Shown piece by piece: positions 61,325 to 64,000 of a stretch of 64,000 bases of DNA. Source of the DNA: Candidatus Latescibacterota bacterium (GTDB lineage: Bacteria; Latescibacterota; UBA2968; GCA-2709665); NCBI GenBank assembly GCA_965203805.1, contig OZ241917.1, positions 1,184,001 to 1,248,000 of the forward strand, read 5' to 3'. The notes under the pieces are model-generated. The model was not told the DNA's origin and did not search any database. It saw only the letters and a program-made list of their open reading frames with translations. Within the stretch, counting starts at the first letter, position 1. Each line of letters begins with the position of its first letter. Made by a program: the position numbers and the translations under genes.

Positions 61325-61795
61325 TACAATGTCTCCTTTGCCCTGGAATATACAAATTTTCCTTACAAATTACAAGCGAACAAGGTGAAATTCATAGTTC
61401 TCCGGATTTTCTCGATTTCGTTTCCACCAGAGCTTTTCTTCCCGTCATTGAACCCTGCGTCGTTCTTCCCGAAATCACGTGGACTTCGGCATCCAACGTC
61501 GCCTGCGAATCGCCCTCGAACCCGCACGCTGAACCGCGGACCCCGGAAAATCCGACCGACCGTGAGGGTGAATCTGGATAAGGAAGCGATCCTCTCTTTA
61601 TAGAGTGCGATACGATACATTTGTTTCTTGACGGGCCCGGCACGAATGGATCGGTTCCCTATCAAACAACGCCGCTCAGATAAACGAAACCCCGACGGGC
61701 GATCCCATCGGGGTCTTCTGGCGTGCCGGCACCGGAGGGCGGCGCATCCGGACCAATCAATGTCTGTCACCTGACAATCTACAAGTCGTACCGCT

Positions 61796-62392
61796 CTATG
61801 TCTCGATAATCTCCCGCCAGACCGCCATCGCCCGCGTTTCCAGATCGGATAACGATCCCGCGTTTTCGATCACGTAGTCCGCCGCCGCGACCTTTTCCGA
61901 TTCCGGCAATTGCGACGCCATCCGGTCCCTCACTTCCGCATCGGTCAGCCCCTTCCGTTCCATGGCACGCTGAATCCGCACGGTTTCCGGCGCCGTGACC
62001 ACCACCAGGGCGTCGCACAGCGTGCGATGGTCCCCCCACTCCAGGATCAGCGCCGCGTCGATCACCACCGGCCGGTCCGGACGTTCGGAGCGAGAACGCT
62101 CCGCAGCCTCCCTCATCCTCCTGCCGAGCGACGGCCACACGATGGCGTTCAGTCGCTCCCGTGCGCCCGGCGAGGCGAAAGCGCGCCGGCCCAGTGCCCG
62201 GCGATTCAGTACGCCACGGTCGTCCAGAATATCGTTACCGAACGCCTGTGCCAGTCCCCGCAGGACGGCCGGTTCTTCCACCGCCTCCCTCCCCACCTCG
62301 TCCGCCTCGATCACCCGAGCGCCTTCCCTGGCGAAAACCTCGCATACGCGGCTCTTTCCCGCGCCGATGCCCCCTGTCACCCCGACGATCAC
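61796..62392 (-). CDS. coaE: Dephospho-CoA kinase
   Basis: GVTGGIGAGKS, LNRRALG, R..SQ, ADYVIEN. Confidence 0.95.
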   Translation of the reverse strand: MIVGVTGGIGAGKSRVCEVFAREGARVIEADEVGREAVEEPAVLRGLAQAFGNDILDDRGVLNRRALGRRAFASPGARERLNAIVWPSLGRRMREAAERSRSERPDRPVVIDAALILEWGDHRTLCDALVVVTAPETVRIQRAMERKGLTDAEVRDRMASQLPESEKVAAADYVIENAGSLSDLETRAMAVWREIIET

Positions 62393-63330
62393 GACCGGTC
62401 CCCCGGCCGCCGCACCTTCAGGCGCAGTCGCAACGGCAACGCGTCTTCGGGAGACTCTTCATCCCAACCCTCGATAATCCGGCGGTTCCGGACCCGGACC
62501 GCGACAAATACGCCCAGAAGCAGGAACGTCATATAAATCCAGAGCGCCTCCGCCGACGTCAACAGGGCCGTTGCGCTGAATCGCCCCTCGGCGTATTCCG
62601 CCCATTCCCGTTCAAACTTCCCGGGCGTGAGCCCGGTGACCCGATACAGCGCAACGTCGAACGAGACCCCGCTCCCGAGCGACCTGACGATCTGTGCCAC
62701 GGCGTCGGGGCCGCCCAGATGGATCAGGTACAGGACGGCAAGCAGGCTCTCGGTATACGCCAGGCGCGCCCTGGAAGACGAAAAACCGAGGACGCCCTCG
62801 ATTTCTCCCAGCGGGACCAGTCCGCCGGAAAAAATCGCGTAGGAGACCTCGGTGCTTTCCCGGAGCCGCCATTCCTGAGCGGCCCACATGGCCACACCCT
62901 CGTCGAACCAGCGCGGAATCCGCGCACGCGACAGATGGTGCAGCAGAATATGAGAGAGTTCGTGCCGGGCCGTCTTCAAAACCTGTCCGCGCTGTCCCGG
63001 GAGAAGCCGCAGCACGGCGATCCGTTCGGCAGGGAACGCGCAACCCACTCCCCAGTGGGGAATACGTCCACGCGTGACGGCGTCGAACAACTGCTGGGAG
63101 CCCGCCACGTAGACGGTAACCGAAACATCCCGGCCTCCTCCCAGCTTTTCCGCGACCTCGGACCTCCCGTCGATCAGTTCATCCAGAAGGCCCCACGCCG
63201 CCTCGCGATCGATCTCCTGAAACCGTAGCGTCAGCCCTTCCCGTTCGAGTCGTTCCCAGCCCGCGGCCGAAACCGGCCGGCAGAGCAGGCAGACCGCCCA
63301 GATCAACGGGCAGAACCGCCGCGCGTTCAT
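62389..63330 (-). CDS. Peptidase MA-like metallohydrolase with C-terminal TM
   Basis: HELSH + PRWFDEGVA gluzincin motif; signal peptide. Confidence 0.85.
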   Translation of the reverse strand: MNARRFCPLIWAVCLLCRPVSAAGWERLEREGLTLRFQEIDREAAWGLLDELIDGRSEVAEKLGGGRDVSVTVYVAGSQQLFDAVTRGRIPHWGVGCAFPAERIAVLRLLPGQRGQVLKTARHELSHILLHHLSRARIPRWFDEGVAMWAAQEWRLRESTEVSYAIFSGGLVPLGEIEGVLGFSSSRARLAYTESLLAVLYLIHLGGPDAVAQIVRSLGSGVSFDVALYRVTGLTPGKFEREWAEYAEGRFSATALLTSAEALWIYMTFLLLGVFVAVRVRNRRIIEGWDEESPEDALPLRLRLKVRRPGDRS

Positions 63331-64000
63331 CGTCTTTTCCTGTTGCCCAGATATTTGAAGAAATCCGTGCGCAGGGGCAAGACGACCGTGGTACCCTCCC
63401 CGAGCGTTTTCTCGTAGGCCTCCAGCGTGCGCTGGAACTCGTAGAACCGCGGGTCCCTCTGGAATGCCTGGGCATAGATGCCCAGCGCTTCCGCGTCGCC
63501 CTGGCCCCGGATCAACTGGGATTTCTGAAACGCATCGGACTTGATCCGCGTCACCTCCAGGTCGGTCTCAGCGCGGATCTTAAGCGCCGCCTCTTCCCCT
63601 TCTGCGCGATATTCTTTGGCCTGCCGGGCGCGCTCGGCCCGCATCCGGTCGAACACGTTCTTCTTGTTCTCCTCGGGCAGGTCGGCGCGTTTGACGCGTA
63701 CGTCCACCACCTCCACGCCCAGTTCGGCGGCGTCCTGGCGCGACCGCGCCGTGACCTTGTCCATAATCGCCCTGCGGTTCCCGGATACGATTTCGTCAAG
63801 CGTCCGCCGGCCCAGTTCCTCTCGCACAGCCGCGTAGATGATATCGTCCAGACGGGACTGGGCGCCTCGGACGGTCTGTACGGACTTCAGGAATTTCAGC
63901 GGGTTGACAATGCGCCACCTGGCGAAATTGTCAACAATCAGATTCTTCTTGTCCAGCGTGTAAATGGGCGCCGGATCCGCGTCGCTATACAGCAGACGGT
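63327..64000 (-). CDS. hflC: Protease modulator HflC (5' end outside window)
   Basis: TLDKKNLIVDNFARWRI, DVRVKRADLP, RMRAER, FYEFQRTLEAY. Confidence 0.92.
   Translation of the reverse strand, partial: RLLYSDADPAPIYTLDKKNLIVDNFARWRIVNPLKFLKSVQTVRGAQSRLDDIIYAAVREELGRRTLDEIVSGNRRAIMDKVTARSRQDAAELGVEVVDVRVKRADLPEENKKNVFDRMRAERARQAKEYRAEGEEAALKIRAETDLEVTRIKSDAFQKSQLIRGQGDAEALGIYAQAFQRDPRFYEFQRTLEAYEKTLGEGTTVVLPLRTDFFKYLGNRKRR

Overview
Bacterial, high-GC, diderm chromosome segment (Omp85/BamA-like proteins, many sigma54 activators, large Alu-domain SRP RNA, group-II GGGP synthase). An FCB-superphylum lineage such as Latescibacterota/Gemmatimonadota is my inference from gene content and is not verified. 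Layout: (1) 1-10 kb: Ldh_2 dehydrogenase, two small orphan proteins, two tandem sigma54 activators with a readable -24/-12 promoter, IHF site and UAS-like repeats between them, a lutC-lutB(-CCG) lactate-utilisation-like pair and an ord/DapB-like dehydrogenase. (2) 10-32 kb core genes: Omp85-like, DUF4390-ntrY-ntrX-like, ahcY, metK, ptsI, ptsH, GGGPS, alaS, recX, recA (with GAAC-N4-GTTC LexA-type box), thpR, pgpA, pgsA, recR, ybaB, dnaX, ffs, tRNA-Ala. (3) A ~13.8-kb integrase-less defence island between tRNA-Ser(GGA) and tRNA-Ser(CGA): ankyrin protein, Mrr, an HNH-fusion protein, a Type I R-M operon hsdM-hsdS-orfX-hsdR, and an intact IS with 17-bp TIRs and a 6-bp TSD. OrfX is an ATPase-less protein with a HEPN-like RNAFSH motif sitting in the PrrC slot and translationally coupled on both sides; it is the best candidate for an undescribed system. 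(4) tadA, a phosphodiesterase and tRNA-Asn, then a second accessory stretch (DUF1801, HhH lipoprotein, three TA loci in different states of decay, a CPA2 antiporter with a riboswitch-like leader, an orphan sigma54-controlled ABC permease, nested REP-like palindromes, Sel1, NYN, AAA-DUF4143), ending in coaE, a peptidase-MA-like gene and hflC. No CRISPR array or rRNA was seen. All calls come from reading motifs by eye; no database searches were run.
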